DNA from: a virus
Taxonomy: Duplodnaviria > Caudoviricetes
Virus record (IMG/VR): IMGVR_UViG_2885131123_000003
Span: 31,504-95,503 of that record
DNA: 64,000 bases
Direction: 5' to 3' (one strand)
Every line of letters begins with the position of its first letter. Position 1 is the first letter of the stretch. Shown here in pieces: positions 1 to 9,127 of the stretch. The translations under genes and the position numbers were made by a program. The notes below the pieces were generated by a model, which did not search any database, was not told the origin of the DNA, and was given only the letters and a program-made list of their open reading frames with translations.

Positions 1-56
1 GTAATAGTTGATGGTATGCACCTCCTTCATGCTTCGGGCCATGCTGGCCCGAAGTC

Positions 57-770
57 CTACCGTTCTTCATGGGAAGGCCCCGCCTTGTCCTTTTTCGGAG
101 CGGGCGGGGCTTCTTGAAACCGTTTGAGTGCAACGAGAATGGAGTGGACAGGTTCGGCCTTTTCAGGATAGGCAAATATCCGGTGTTCCGGCGGAATGTC
201 CTGCGGCCCGTGGTAATACTCCTTGAAGCCCTCCGGGACTGCCGACACATATCCACCGGGAGCGAATACGCCGCCCTCGTTGATACGCACATCCCGCCCG
301 TATGCTTCATAATCGAAGTAGTTCTGAATGTGCTCCGGTATGTCGATGGTCCCAAGCTCGTCGGCGTAAAGGCGGCCCAGCCCTTCATCATCGGAAATAT
401 CCGGGTAAAAGCGGTAAAGGTCAAGGTTCTGCGTCAGGTTTATCAAATCCTTCACGCTCCGTGTGTGGTTTCCCAAGACAAGAGCGGCTTCAAAGGTTTC
501 CAGTCCGCCCTTATCCCGTACTTCCAGCAGGGCGTGGCCCAGCTCGTTCAGCTCGTCGATGTTCTCACATTCGTAGAGATGATCGTAGAGCCCCAGCACA
601 TCGCTGTCAAAGCTGGTAAAGAACACTTCGCTGTACCGTTTCCCGTCTATCCCGATTTTGGCAAGGGCGGCCTGCAACTCCTGTGTCGTCGTGGGGAAAT
701 GTACCGTTGTCCCTACCTCAATCCCCATTAAGGGGTATAGGGCTGTATTGGTTATATAGGCTTCAAACAT
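57..770 (-). CDS. ardA: Antirestriction protein ArdA
   Basis: Acidic protein with ENIDELNEL and IQNYFDYEAYGRD motifs; ATG at 770 (MFEAYITN). Confidence 0.85.
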   Translation of the reverse strand: MFEAYITNTALYPLMGIEVGTTVHFPTTTQELQAALAKIGIDGKRYSEVFFTSFDSDVLGLYDHLYECENIDELNELGHALLEVRDKGGLETFEAALVLGNHTRSVKDLINLTQNLDLYRFYPDISDDEGLGRLYADELGTIDIPEHIQNYFDYEAYGRDVRINEGGVFAPGGYVSAVPEGFKEYYHGPQDIPPEHRIFAYPEKAEPVHSILVALKRFQEAPPAPKKDKAGPSHEER

Positions 771-774
771 GGGC

Positions 775-1860
775 TCATTCCTCCTTTCCGGCCCGGTCAG
801 CCAGCACCTCATAGATCCCGGCCATAATGTAATCGGCGCAAGGGAGGGCAATCGCGTTCCCCAGCGCCTTGTAGCGTTGCAGAGGCCGGATCTCCACGCC
901 GTCCGCCCCGTACTTTGTCCAGCCCTCTGGCAGCCCCATCAGCCGTTCGCTTTCCGTTTCCGTCAGAAAACGGATACAGCCGCCCTCCGGGTCGCCCTCA
1001 TACCAGAAGGCGAAGGGCGTCACGTCACTGGCTAAAAGAGTGGGAAAAGGGTCAGTTGGTAATCCGAAGCTGTTTCGGAAGGCCGTTTCTTCCTGCCTTT
1101 TTGCCGCTCCCCGCATACGGAAGCACTGAAAGGGGTGGATGACTGGTATCTGCCGCCCTGTTTCAAAAGAAGCTGTTCGATCTCCTTCGGCGGCGGCCCG
1201 CCCGCCCTCTCCGCAAGGCGGAGGAAGTGGGAGCATTGGACGGGGCTTAAATAGTATGTCTGCGGCACGTCTGCCTCCAAAATCCGCCACGACGAAAATC
1301 CGCTGCCTTCGTGCCAGCCTTCGGGTGCCTGCCCAATACTGGGCGTCCATGAGCCGCCAGCACACATCAGGCGTTCCCCCTCGCACCATTCCGGCATTTC
1401 CCCATCTTCCCGAAGGAGGCATTGGAACTTCGGTGTCCGAGAAGGCGGATAGGACGGCTCTAAAGTCCATCCGGTCATTTGTAGAAAACGCTCCCATGAC
1501 GTTTTCCCAAACAGCGATAGCTGGATATAGGTTATCAGTAGCATCCCTCATTTCCTGTATGATACGAAACGCCTGATAGAACAGGCTTGATTTTGCCCCG
1601 GCAAGGCCGGAGCGGTTGCCGATCAGAGAAAGGTTCTGACAGGGGGAACCGAAGGTTATCACATGGACCGGCGGGATTTTCCCGCCGTCCACCTTCGTAA
1701 TATCTCCCAAATGCGCCATATCGGGAAAGTGCCTTTTGGTTATGGAGATGGGCGCTTTTTCAATCTCGCTGGCCCAGACCGGACGGATACCGCACCGGGA
1801 AGCAGCCAGAGGGAACACGCCGATCCCGTCGAAAAGGCTCCCCAGCTTAATGTCCGGCAT
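775..1860 (-). CDS. DNA (cytosine-5) methyltransferase
   Basis: Motifs SLFDGIG (I), GSPCQ (IV), WENV (VI), RQRIF (VIII), YKALGNA (X). Confidence 0.93.
   Translation of the reverse strand: MPDIKLGSLFDGIGVFPLAASRCGIRPVWASEIEKAPISITKRHFPDMAHLGDITKVDGGKIPPVHVITFGSPCQNLSLIGNRSGLAGAKSSLFYQAFRIIQEMRDATDNLYPAIAVWENVMGAFSTNDRMDFRAVLSAFSDTEVPMPPSGRWGNAGMVRGGTPDVCWRLMDAQYWAGTRRLARRQRIFVVADFGGRRAADILFKPRPMLPLPPPCGEGGRAAAEGDRTASFETGRQIPVIHPFQCFRMRGAAKRQEETAFRNSFGLPTDPFPTLLASDVTPFAFWYEGDPEGGCIRFLTETESERLMGLPEGWTKYGADGVEIRPLQRYKALGNAIALPCADYIMAGIYEVLADRAGKEE
1032..1544 (-). CDS. Nested alternative-frame ORF inside the MTase; putative second (beta-like) subunit
   Basis: 170-codon same-strand ORF, AGGA 8 nt upstream of ATG, segment ILEADVPQTYYLSPVQCSHFLRLAER. 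Confidence 0.55.
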   Translation of the reverse strand: MLLITYIQLSLFGKTSWERFLQMTGWTLEPSYPPSRTPKFQCLLREDGEMPEWCEGERLMCAGGSWTPSIGQAPEGWHEGSGFSSWRILEADVPQTYYLSPVQCSHFLRLAERAGGPPPKEIEQLLLKQGGRYQSSTPFSASVCGERQKGRKKRPSETASDYQLTLFPLF

Positions 1861-2203
1861 GGCCCGGGGTGCCGTGTCCCTTCACGGCAAGCACCCCTTC
1901 CAGCGTTGTCGCCGCAATGCCCAGCCGTCCGGCAACCGCAATATCGTTTTTCACATCCTCGTCCACAACGCTGCCGCAGACGATCAGGGTATGAGAACGC
2001 CGCAGCATATCCCGGCGCATATCAATCCCGGCCTTATGTTCCTCGGGAACGCTGTCATTCAAAAACAGCGGCAGGTACAAGAGCGGGCAGATCGGGGAAA
2101 AGCCCGCCTCATAAGCAAGGCGGCAGTAGTGAGCCGCCAGCTCCATATCAACATCCGGCTCGCCGCTCCATGCGGCGGTCAGGTACGCTAAAGGTCGTTT
2201 CAT
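1847..2203 (-). CDS. Conserved ICE/phage hypothetical protein (nucleoside deoxyribosyltransferase-like fold possible)
   Basis: GGAGG RBS before MKRPLAY; overlaps MTase start; FSPICPLLYLP motif. Confidence 0.65.
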   Translation of the reverse strand: MKRPLAYLTAAWSGEPDVDMELAAHYCRLAYEAGFSPICPLLYLPLFLNDSVPEEHKAGIDMRRDMLRRSHTLIVCGSVVDEDVKNDIAVAGRLGIAATTLEGVLAVKGHGTPGHAGH

Positions 2204-2328
2204 TGGTTGAGCCTCCATTTCTGTTTTGGTTTAGGGAAAAGCAAGAGTTCGCCCAATCCCTCCGCCCCTTCCCCCGGGAAGGGGAACGGCTCTGGAGAAT
2301 TTATATCCCCGTCGCTTGACCGGGAAAA

Positions 2329-2480
2329 AGCATAACCGGGAGAAATCCGTCAAGGGTGCCTCTGGCACCGCCTGCGGCGGCGCTGCCCTTGACTGATTTT
2401 CCCGGCTATGCTACGGAATAACTGGCGACGGGGAATCATTTATATCTCCAGAGCTTCGGGGCGCGGGGCAGAGCCCCGCA
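2329..2480. promoter_or_regulatory. Large imperfect palindrome, candidate oriT region
   Basis: AGCATAACCGGGAGAAATCCGTCAAGGG...CCCTTGACTGATTTTCCCGGCTATGCT plus CGGGGCAGAGCCCCG hairpin in intergenic DNA. Confidence 0.4.
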
Positions 2481-2512
2481 ATCCTCGGGCCATGCTGACC
2501 CGAAGTTTTAGC

Positions 2513-3886
2513 TTACTTTTCCTGTTCGGTTTTCTTCTCCGGTTTTTCGTGTTCCTTCTGCTGACCCTTCCAGTCGTCCAGCAGCTTGATGATCTGGTCC
2601 TTCATTTCCCTCGGCGTAGTTTCCTTGCCGAAATACTTGCTCAGTTCCGCACCTGTCAAAATCACTTTGTCTACCTCCTTTTTGTCCTCCATCATAATGC
2701 CGTCGATCACATCCCCGTTGAGCAGCTTCTTTTCGTCCAGTTCCCGCATACGCTTTGCCTGCGCCTGTGAAGGCGAGGACTGCTGGCTGTCAATGGCAAC
2801 GGCGATATAGTTCTGGTTCTTCTTGCCGATATAGGAAAGCTCCACCGCCGTAGTAAAGCCCAGTTTTTTTTCATCCATCAGCTTCATCAAGTCGGGAACC
2901 AGCTCATTGAGCCGGATATACCGCTGCACCTGTTTGACCGCCATCTTATTACGCTCGGCCACAATTTCGTTGGAGCGTTTTCCTGCGTCCTTCGGGTCAA
3001 TCTGGCCCGAAGTGCGGGAGCCCTGGTGCTTGATAGCCTCAAGCTGCATTTTCAAGGCTTTGGCCCGCTCACTGGGGAGGATTTCTTCACGCTGGTTGAG
3101 ATTATCCTCGACCATCTGCGTGATGGCTTCATCGTCTGTCAGGTTTCGGACGATACAGGGCATATCCGCATATCCGGCAAGCTCGCTGGCTTTCTGGCGG
3201 CGGTGGCCGGACACGATCTCATAGCCGCCATCCTCACGGGGACGGACGATAGCGGGCTGGGTCACGCCCTTGTCCTTAACGCTGGACACCATAGCCCGCA
3301 TTTCTTCATCGTCCCGGACTTCAAAGGGATGGTTCTTGAAGGCGTGGAGTTCGTTCAGCTTGATATAGACGATCTGCTCCTTGCCCCGGCGTGGAGCATC
3401 CTTCGGTTTTTCGGGTTCCTTCGGAGCGGGAGCGGCCTGTACCGTTGGAGCCGTTTTTTTCTCCGGTTCCTTTTTGACCGCCTTTTCCGTTTTCTGTGCG
3501 GGAGCTTTGGATTTCGAGGCTGCGTCCTTGTCCTTATCTGCTTTCGGGGGACGGCCCCGGCGCTTCGGCTGTTCCGGCTCTTTGGGTTTTTCCTCTGCTT
3601 TTTTCGGAGCCTCCGGCTGCTTTTCCGGTTTCTCCGCTTTTGCCGGGTCAGGCTTTTCCACGCCGGGAGCTGCCGCTCGTTCCTCGGCTTTCTTTTCCTT
3701 CATAATTTCAGCGAAGTTATAGACAGAAACCTGTGGGGTCTTTACCTCTGGTTCCGTCTTTTTTTCCGGCTCCGGGGAAACGGAAACCTTCTCCGACTCT
3801 TTTGGGGGATTAGGCGGTGTTTCCTTGCCCGGCCCGCTATCCGTTACCGGCTGTTCCGGCGTTTTTGTGGTTTTATCATCTGCCAT
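2513..3886 (-). CDS. parB: ParB/Spo0J family protein with long Lys/Glu/Pro-rich N-terminus
   Basis: YEIVSGHRR ParB motif, NLNQREEILPSE; GGAGG RBS. Confidence 0.88.
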   Translation of the reverse strand: MADDKTTKTPEQPVTDSGPGKETPPNPPKESEKVSVSPEPEKKTEPEVKTPQVSVYNFAEIMKEKKAEERAAAPGVEKPDPAKAEKPEKQPEAPKKAEEKPKEPEQPKRRGRPPKADKDKDAASKSKAPAQKTEKAVKKEPEKKTAPTVQAAPAPKEPEKPKDAPRRGKEQIVYIKLNELHAFKNHPFEVRDDEEMRAMVSSVKDKGVTQPAIVRPREDGGYEIVSGHRRQKASELAGYADMPCIVRNLTDDEAITQMVEDNLNQREEILPSERAKALKMQLEAIKHQGSRTSGQIDPKDAGKRSNEIVAERNKMAVKQVQRYIRLNELVPDLMKLMDEKKLGFTTAVELSYIGKKNQNYIAVAIDSQQSSPSQAQAKRMRELDEKKLLNGDVIDGIMMEDKKEVDKVILTGAELSKYFGKETTPREMKDQIIKLLDDWKGQQKEHEKPEKKTEQEK

Positions 3887-4087
3887 AAGCATTTACCTCC
3901 TGTTTTTTGGCATGAAAAAAGGGGCTCAACTTTTCAGTCAAGCCCCCGTGGGAAGTTCCTCCTTTCTCCGCCATGATACAAAAATACCGCCCGTAGTCTC
4001 GTTTGGGCGGTACTTTGTGTAAGATTGGCAGTCCATTATTAAGTTTTTTATTATGTTCCCTTTGTACACCGTTGCAAACGTTTGGAT

Positions 4088-4121
4088 AGCTCTTGTGATC
4101 AGTCACAAGGGCTTTTCTTTT
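4088..4121 (+). terminator. Intrinsic terminator-like hairpin in the leader of the sigma-like gene
   Basis: AGCTCTTGTGA-tcag-TCACAAGGGCT followed by TTTCTTTT. Confidence 0.55.
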
Positions 4122-4169
4122 CCGTCCTGTGACTGTCGCAAATACAAGCCAATCATAGGAGGAAAATTT

Positions 4170-4676
4170 ATGGCAAATCATGAAAATCTCAGTACACCAT
4201 TCATCTATCTTCGCTCTACAGGAGAAAAGATCTCTGTCACAAAGGAACAGCACGACTCCTTCTATAAGGAAGCCGACCGCATTCGCCACAAGGAGCAGAA
4301 CCACGGCAGGTGCATGTGCCCATATCGCTTCATATGGAGATGCGATGGCGACTGCCTTGACTGTGAATATCACGCAGCTGGAGACCTCACCTCTCTGGAT
4401 CAGCCTCTCTCAGATGGCAATGGCACCCTCGGTGACTATATGCCCGACCGTAGCAAGTCTATGGAAGAAATCATCTCCGACCGTATGCTGTTGGAGCAGC
4501 TTTTTGCCAGACTGCGTGAGCTCGATCCGGATGCTGATACCATCATTCAGTGCTGGCTTGATGATTACAAGATCTCAGATCGTGCAATCGCCGAGAAGCT
4601 CGGTCGTCCTCAGCGTACCTTCGCTGATCAGATGAAGAAGATCCGCACGGAGCTCCGTAAAATCCGTGGCTATTAA
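4170..4676 (+). CDS. Phage sigma-factor-like regulator (Cys cluster plus C-terminal region-4-like HTH)
   Basis: AGGAGG RBS; CDGDCLDC; SDRAIAEKLGRPQRT HTH. Confidence 0.7.
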   Translation: MANHENLSTPFIYLRSTGEKISVTKEQHDSFYKEADRIRHKEQNHGRCMCPYRFIWRCDGDCLDCEYHAAGDLTSLDQPLSDGNGTLGDYMPDRSKSMEEIISDRMLLEQLFARLRELDPDADTIIQCWLDDYKISDRAIAEKLGRPQRTFADQMKKIRTELRKIRGY

Positions 4677-4702
4677 TCCTACATATCATATGTAGCAATT
4701 CA

Positions 4703-4750
4703 TCCCTCTGGCATCCATCAACCGATGCCCAGAGGGTTTTTATATTTTTT
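4703..4750 (+). terminator. Intrinsic terminator
   Basis: CCCTCTGGCATC...GATGCCCAGAGGG followed by T tract. Confidence 0.6.
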
Positions 4751-4759
4751 CAACTTTTC

Positions 4760-4789
4760 TCCGCTCAAATCCGCCACTCATCTCCAGTG
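4760..4789 (+). promoter_or_regulatory. Phage-specific promoter motif, copy 1
   Basis: TCCGCTCAA-N11-ATCTCCAGTG; same boxes and spacing at 9031 and 49625. Confidence 0.7.
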
Positions 4790-4847
4790 GAAGGTGTAAG
4801 GCACGAAACAACAAGCCTTAACCATCACAGAAACGGAGGTGAAGCAC

Positions 4848-5057
4848 ATGAAGAAGTCCTACTTCGATTCCGGCGGTAACGACACGGAGCTGATTGCAGT
4901 ACTGAATGCAATCTCCCACGTATCCGCAAGAATGGCGAGAAACATGACAATCCTCGCACAGCAAAGACAATCAGAGAAAGGAGATCGTCGCTATGAGCAA
5001 AATGAGCGATATGGCTATGACCATCGAAGAGCTGCGCAGTGCAGCCGCTGCTATTAA
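4848..5057 (+). CDS. Small phage hypothetical protein
   Basis: GGAGGTG RBS; first ORF after the promoter motif. Confidence 0.5.
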   Translation: MKKSYFDSGGNDTELIAVLNAISHVSARMARNMTILAQQRQSEKGDRRYEQNERYGYDHRRAAQCSRCY

Positions 5058-5322
5058 CGAAGCAGCCAACTGGTTAGCAGCACAGTTTGGTGGCACTGCT
5101 GATGAAGCACCTGCCAAAGAGCCTGCTGCCAAGGAAGAAAAGAAACCGGATCTGAAGCTTGAGGATGTACGAGCTGTCTTAGCAGAAAAGTCCCGTGCCG
5201 GGCATACCGCTGCTATCCGTACATTACTTCAGAAGTATGGTGCTTCCAAGCTATCTGCTGTTGATCCGAAGCACTATGAAGCCTTGTTAAAGGATGCGGA
5301 GGTACTTGACGATGCCACCTAA
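4993..5322 (+). CDS. Conserved phage replication-module protein
   Basis: AAAGGAG RBS; LEDVRAVLA..KYGASKLS motif upstream of DUF2800. Confidence 0.7.
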   Translation: MSKMSDMAMTIEELRSAAAAINEAANWLAAQFGGTADEAPAKEPAAKEEKKPDLKLEDVRAVLAEKSRAGHTAAIRTLLQKYGASKLSAVDPKHYEALLKDAEVLDDAT

Positions 5323-6442
5323 AGGACATGCTATCTTATCCGCTTCCTCTTCGGACCGCTGGCTCCATTGCCCGCCTTCTGCAAGGCTCTGCGAGACCTA
5401 CGAAGATAAAGGTAGCGATTATGCTGCGGAAGGCACCGATGCCCACGAACTTTGTGAGTACAAGCTAAAGAGGGCCCTGGGGATGGATGCCAGTGATCCA
5501 ACAGAAAACCTCACCTGGTACAACGAGGAAATGGAGGACTGTGCCAATGGCTATGCCGCCTACATCCTTGAAATGGTAGAGGCCGCCAAGGAAAGCTGCG
5601 CTGACCCGAAGGTACTGATTGAACAGCGTGTAGATTTCTCTCGCTGGGTAGAACAGGGCTTCGGAACCGCCGACTGCATCATCATTGCAGATGGCACCTT
5701 GAGAATATGCGATTACAAGCACGGTCTTGGAGTCCTCGTAGATGCGACCGATAATCCGCAAATGAAGTGCTACGCGCTCGGGGCCCTGGAGCTCTTTGAT
5801 GACATCTACGACATTGATAATGTCAGCATGACCATCTACCAGCCAAGGCGTCAGAACATCTCCACCTTTGAGATTTCCAAGGACGAGCTGTACAAGTGGG
5901 CAGATGAGGTGTTGAAGCCGACCGCTGATCTTGCCTTTGCAGGAGATGGGAACTTCCTCTGCGGCGAATGGTGTGGTTTCTGCAAGGCCAAGCACGAATG
6001 CCGTGCCAGAGCCGAGGCCAATCTCACACTGGCTCAGTACGATTTCAAGCTTCCACCTCTTTTAGAAGATTCGGAGATTGAATATATCCTCTCCCGCGCA
6101 GATGAGCTGGTTGCCTGGGCATCCGATATCAAGGAATATGCTCTGCAGCAAGCCATCAGCGGTAAGGAATGGAACGGCTGGAAGTTAGTCGAAGGAAGAT
6201 CCAACCGCAAGTATTCCAATGAGGAAGCGGTCATCCAGGCAGTTACGGATGCCGGATTTGATCCATATGAAAAGAAGCTCCTTGGCATCACGGCCATGCA
6301 GAAGCGTCTTGGCAAATCCAGATTCGATGAGCTGCTTACCGCCTATATCGAAAAGCCCCAAGGTAAACCGACGCTCGTGCCGGAGAGCGATAAACGTCCG
6401 GCAATGAACAATGCAAGAACTGATTTTATGGAGGAAAATTAA
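5312..6442 (+). CDS. DUF2800 family PD-(D/E)XK/Cas4-like nuclease
   Basis: HAILSASSSDRWLHCP, GTADCI, DYKHG, CGFCKAKHEC. Confidence 0.85.
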   Translation: MPPKGHAILSASSSDRWLHCPPSARLCETYEDKGSDYAAEGTDAHELCEYKLKRALGMDASDPTENLTWYNEEMEDCANGYAAYILEMVEAAKESCADPKVLIEQRVDFSRWVEQGFGTADCIIIADGTLRICDYKHGLGVLVDATDNPQMKCYALGALELFDDIYDIDNVSMTIYQPRRQNISTFEISKDELYKWADEVLKPTADLAFAGDGNFLCGEWCGFCKAKHECRARAEANLTLAQYDFKLPPLLEDSEIEYILSRADELVAWASDIKEYALQQAISGKEWNGWKLVEGRSNRKYSNEEAVIQAVTDAGFDPYEKKLLGITAMQKRLGKSRFDELLTAYIEKPQGKPTLVPESDKRPAMNNARTDFMEEN

Positions 6443-7015
6443 ATGAACAAGAATGTAAAAATCAACAATCCTATGAAGGTAATCACTGGTCCTGACACTC
6501 GTTGGTCTTATGCGAACGTCTGGGAGCCGAAATCCATCAATGGAGGTACTCCGAAGTACAGCGTGTCTCTGATCATCCCGAAGTCTGATACCAAGACCAT
6601 CGCCAAGATTGAAGCTGCTATCGAGGCCGCTTACAAGGAGGGCGAGGCCAAGCTCAAAGGCAACGGCAAGTCTGTACCTGCCCTCTCTGTCATCAAGACG
6701 CCGCTTCGTGATGGCGACATGGAGCGTCCGGACGATCCGGCCTACGCCAATGCTTATTTCGTAAATGCCAATGCAACCTCTGCTCCTGGCATCGTGGATG
6801 CAGATCGCAATCCAATTCTTACTCGCTCCGAGGTTTACTCCGGTGTGTATGGTCGCGCCAGCATCAGCTTCTATGCATTCAACAGCTCCGGTAACAAGGG
6901 TATCGCCTGTGGACTTAACAATCTGCAGAAGATTCGTGACGGTGAGCCTCTTGGTGGCAAGGCATCTGCTGAGTCTGATTTCGCATCTGATGAAGAGGAC
7001 GATTTCCTGGATTAA
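6443..7015 (+). CDS. DUF2815 family single-stranded DNA-binding protein
   Basis: KYSVSLIIPK, GIACGLNNLQK, acidic C-terminal tail. Confidence 0.85.
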   Translation: MNKNVKINNPMKVITGPDTRWSYANVWEPKSINGGTPKYSVSLIIPKSDTKTIAKIEAAIEAAYKEGEAKLKGNGKSVPALSVIKTPLRDGDMERPDDPAYANAYFVNANATSAPGIVDADRNPILTRSEVYSGVYGRASISFYAFNSSGNKGIACGLNNLQKIRDGEPLGGKASAESDFASDEEDDFLD

Positions 7016-7084
7016 GCTCATCAAAATAAATCCGAGGTGGTGGTGGGAGCAATCTCACCACCTTTTTGGTAGAAAGGACAATCT

Positions 7085-9025
7085 ATGAAAACCTTATCGA
7101 TTGATATTGAGACCTACAGCGATGTGCCGCTTCCGAAAACCGGCGTGTATCGATACTGCGAGTCTCCTGATTTTGAAATATTGCTCTTTGGCTATAGTGT
7201 CGACTCCGGCCCTGTTCAGGTGGTGGACCTTGCGTGTGGCGAGAAGATACCAGCGGAGATTATTGTTGCACTTGAAGATGAATCTGTCATCAAATGGGCC
7301 TTCAATGCATCCTTCGAACGTATCTGTCTTTCCCGGTTCCTAGGCTATCCAACTGGTGAATATCTTGATCCGGAAAGCTGGCGCTGCTCCATGATCTGGG
7401 CAGCAACCATGGGCTTACCGCTTTCCCTGGAAGGCGTCGGTACCGTGCTGGGACTGGAGAAGCAGAAACTCACAGAAGGCAAGGACCTCATCAAATATTT
7501 CTGCCAGCCCTGTGCTGCTACAAAATCCAATGGTGGCAGGACGAGAAATCGCCCTTTTCATGCGCCAGAGAAATGGGAAGCCTTCAAGCGCTATAACATC
7601 CGTGATGTGGAAACCGAAATGGGCATCCAGCATAAGCTTCGCAAATTCCCTGTACCTGAATCAGTCTGGGAGGAGTATCACATTGACCAGGAAATCAATG
7701 ATCGTGGTGTCCGTTTGGATATGGAGCTTGTACAGCAGGCCATCGCAATGGATGCTCGCTCCCGTGAAGAGCTGACTGCTGCCATCAAGGACATCACGAA
7801 GCTGGAAAACCCGAACTCTGTGCTGCAGATGAAGCAGTGGCTCTCTGCCAATGGTGTAGAAACCGACAGCCTTGATAAAAAAGCGGTGGCCAAGCTCCTA
7901 AAGAACGCTCCTGACAAGCTTGCCTCTGTTCTCATTCTTCGTCAGCAGCTTGCCAAATCCTCAGTACGTAAATATCAGGCGATGGAAAAGACGGTTTGTG
8001 CCGATGGCCGAGCCCGTGGCATGTTTCAGTTTTATGGAGCCAATCGTACCGGTCGCTTTTCCGGTCGAAACATTCAATTACAAAATCTCCCTCAGAATCA
8101 TCTACCAGACCTTGCTGATGCTCGCGCATTGGTACGCTCCGGAGACTTTGATGCAGTCTCTCTTTTGTATGAAGATGTGCCGGATGCCCTATCGCAGCTG
8201 ATCCGAACTGCATTCATTCCACGTGAGGGCACACAGTTTCTGGTTGCAGACTTTTCCGCCATCGAAGCCCGCGTCATCGCCTGGTTTGCTGGGGAAGAAT
8301 GGCGACAGAAGGTATTTGCTAAGGGTGGGGATATCTACTGTGCTTCTGCCAGCCAGATGTTCAAGGTCCCTGTGGAAAAACACGGCATCAATGGACATTT
8401 GCGTCAAAAGGGTAAAATCGCAGAGCTGGCGCTTGGCTATGGCGGCTCCATCGGTGCGCTGAAGGCGATGGGTGCTATCGATATGGGTCTAACTGAAGAT
8501 GAACTTCCTACCCTTGTAGATGCCTGGCGTCAGTCAAACCCACACATTGTGCGATTCTGGTGGGCTGTAGATCATGCTGTCACAGAAGCCGTGAAATATA
8601 AGCACACGACAACCGGATACGGTCTTACCTTCTCCTGCCGCAGTGGCATGCTTTTTATCACGCTTCCTTCCGGCAGAAACCTGGCCTATGTGAAGCCGAA
8701 GCTCGGTACGAACAAGTTCGGCGGCACCTGCATCACCTATGAAGGCATCGGCCCAACCAAGAAATGGGAACGTCTTGATTCCTACGGACCAAAGTTTGTG
8801 GAAAATATTGTCCAGGCCACCTCCCGTGATATTCTCCTCTATGCCATGAGAACCCTCCGCAACTGCTCCATCGTTATGCATATCCATGATGAAGTAGTCA
8901 TCGAAGCGGATCCCCGCATGTCCTTGGATGCCGTCTGTGAACAGATGGGCCGCACACCTTCATGGGCGAAGGGACTTCTCCTTCGTGCAGATGGCTATGC
9001 TACCCCTTTTTACAAAAAAGATTAA
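7085..9025 (+). CDS. Phage family A DNA polymerase
   Basis: Exonuclease DIET, motif A DFSAIEAR, motif B KIAELALGYG, motif C HIHDE. Confidence 0.93.
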   Translation: MKTLSIDIETYSDVPLPKTGVYRYCESPDFEILLFGYSVDSGPVQVVDLACGEKIPAEIIVALEDESVIKWAFNASFERICLSRFLGYPTGEYLDPESWRCSMIWAATMGLPLSLEGVGTVLGLEKQKLTEGKDLIKYFCQPCAATKSNGGRTRNRPFHAPEKWEAFKRYNIRDVETEMGIQHKLRKFPVPESVWEEYHIDQEINDRGVRLDMELVQQAIAMDARSREELTAAIKDITKLENPNSVLQMKQWLSANGVETDSLDKKAVAKLLKNAPDKLASVLILRQQLAKSSVRKYQAMEKTVCADGRARGMFQFYGANRTGRFSGRNIQLQNLPQNHLPDLADARALVRSGDFDAVSLLYEDVPDALSQLIRTAFIPREGTQFLVADFSAIEARVIAWFAGEEWRQKVFAKGGDIYCASASQMFKVPVEKHGINGHLRQKGKIAELALGYGGSIGALKAMGAIDMGLTEDELPTLVDAWRQSNPHIVRFWWAVDHAVTEAVKYKHTTTGYGLTFSCRSGMLFITLPSGRNLAYVKPKLGTNKFGGTCITYEGIGPTKKWERLDSYGPKFVENIVQATSRDILLYAMRTLRNCSIVMHIHDEVVIEADPRMSLDAVCEQMGRTPSWAKGLLLRADGYATPFYKKD

Positions 9026-9030
9026 AAAGA

Positions 9031-9060
9031 TCCGCTCAACTCAGGCGTTCATCTCCAGTG
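9031..9060 (+). promoter_or_regulatory. Phage-specific promoter motif, copy 2
   Basis: TCCGCTCAA-N11-ATCTCCAGTG upstream of the primase operon. Confidence 0.7.
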
Positions 9061-9127
9061 AAAACTAGAGGTGGACGCTTTCTTAGCATCTGCCTGAATA
9101 CAGAAGAATGTCAGGAGGCTTAAAGCT

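Larger units (their letters stand above)
1..4070 (-). mobile_element. End of a conjugative element (ICE) accessory module; continues left of the window
   Basis: Co-oriented ardA, C5-MTase and parB-like genes typical of Firmicute ICEs; visibly GC-richer than the adjacent phage; right boundary approximate. Confidence 0.7.

Noticed and set aside
3026-3976. 316-aa plus-strand ORF opposite parB
   Set aside because: Antisense shadow of a low-complexity Lys/Glu/Pro region; no RBS or domain
5312-6442. Cas4-like protein as evidence of CRISPR-Cas
   Set aside because: Standard DUF2800 phage replication gene; no array or other cas genes
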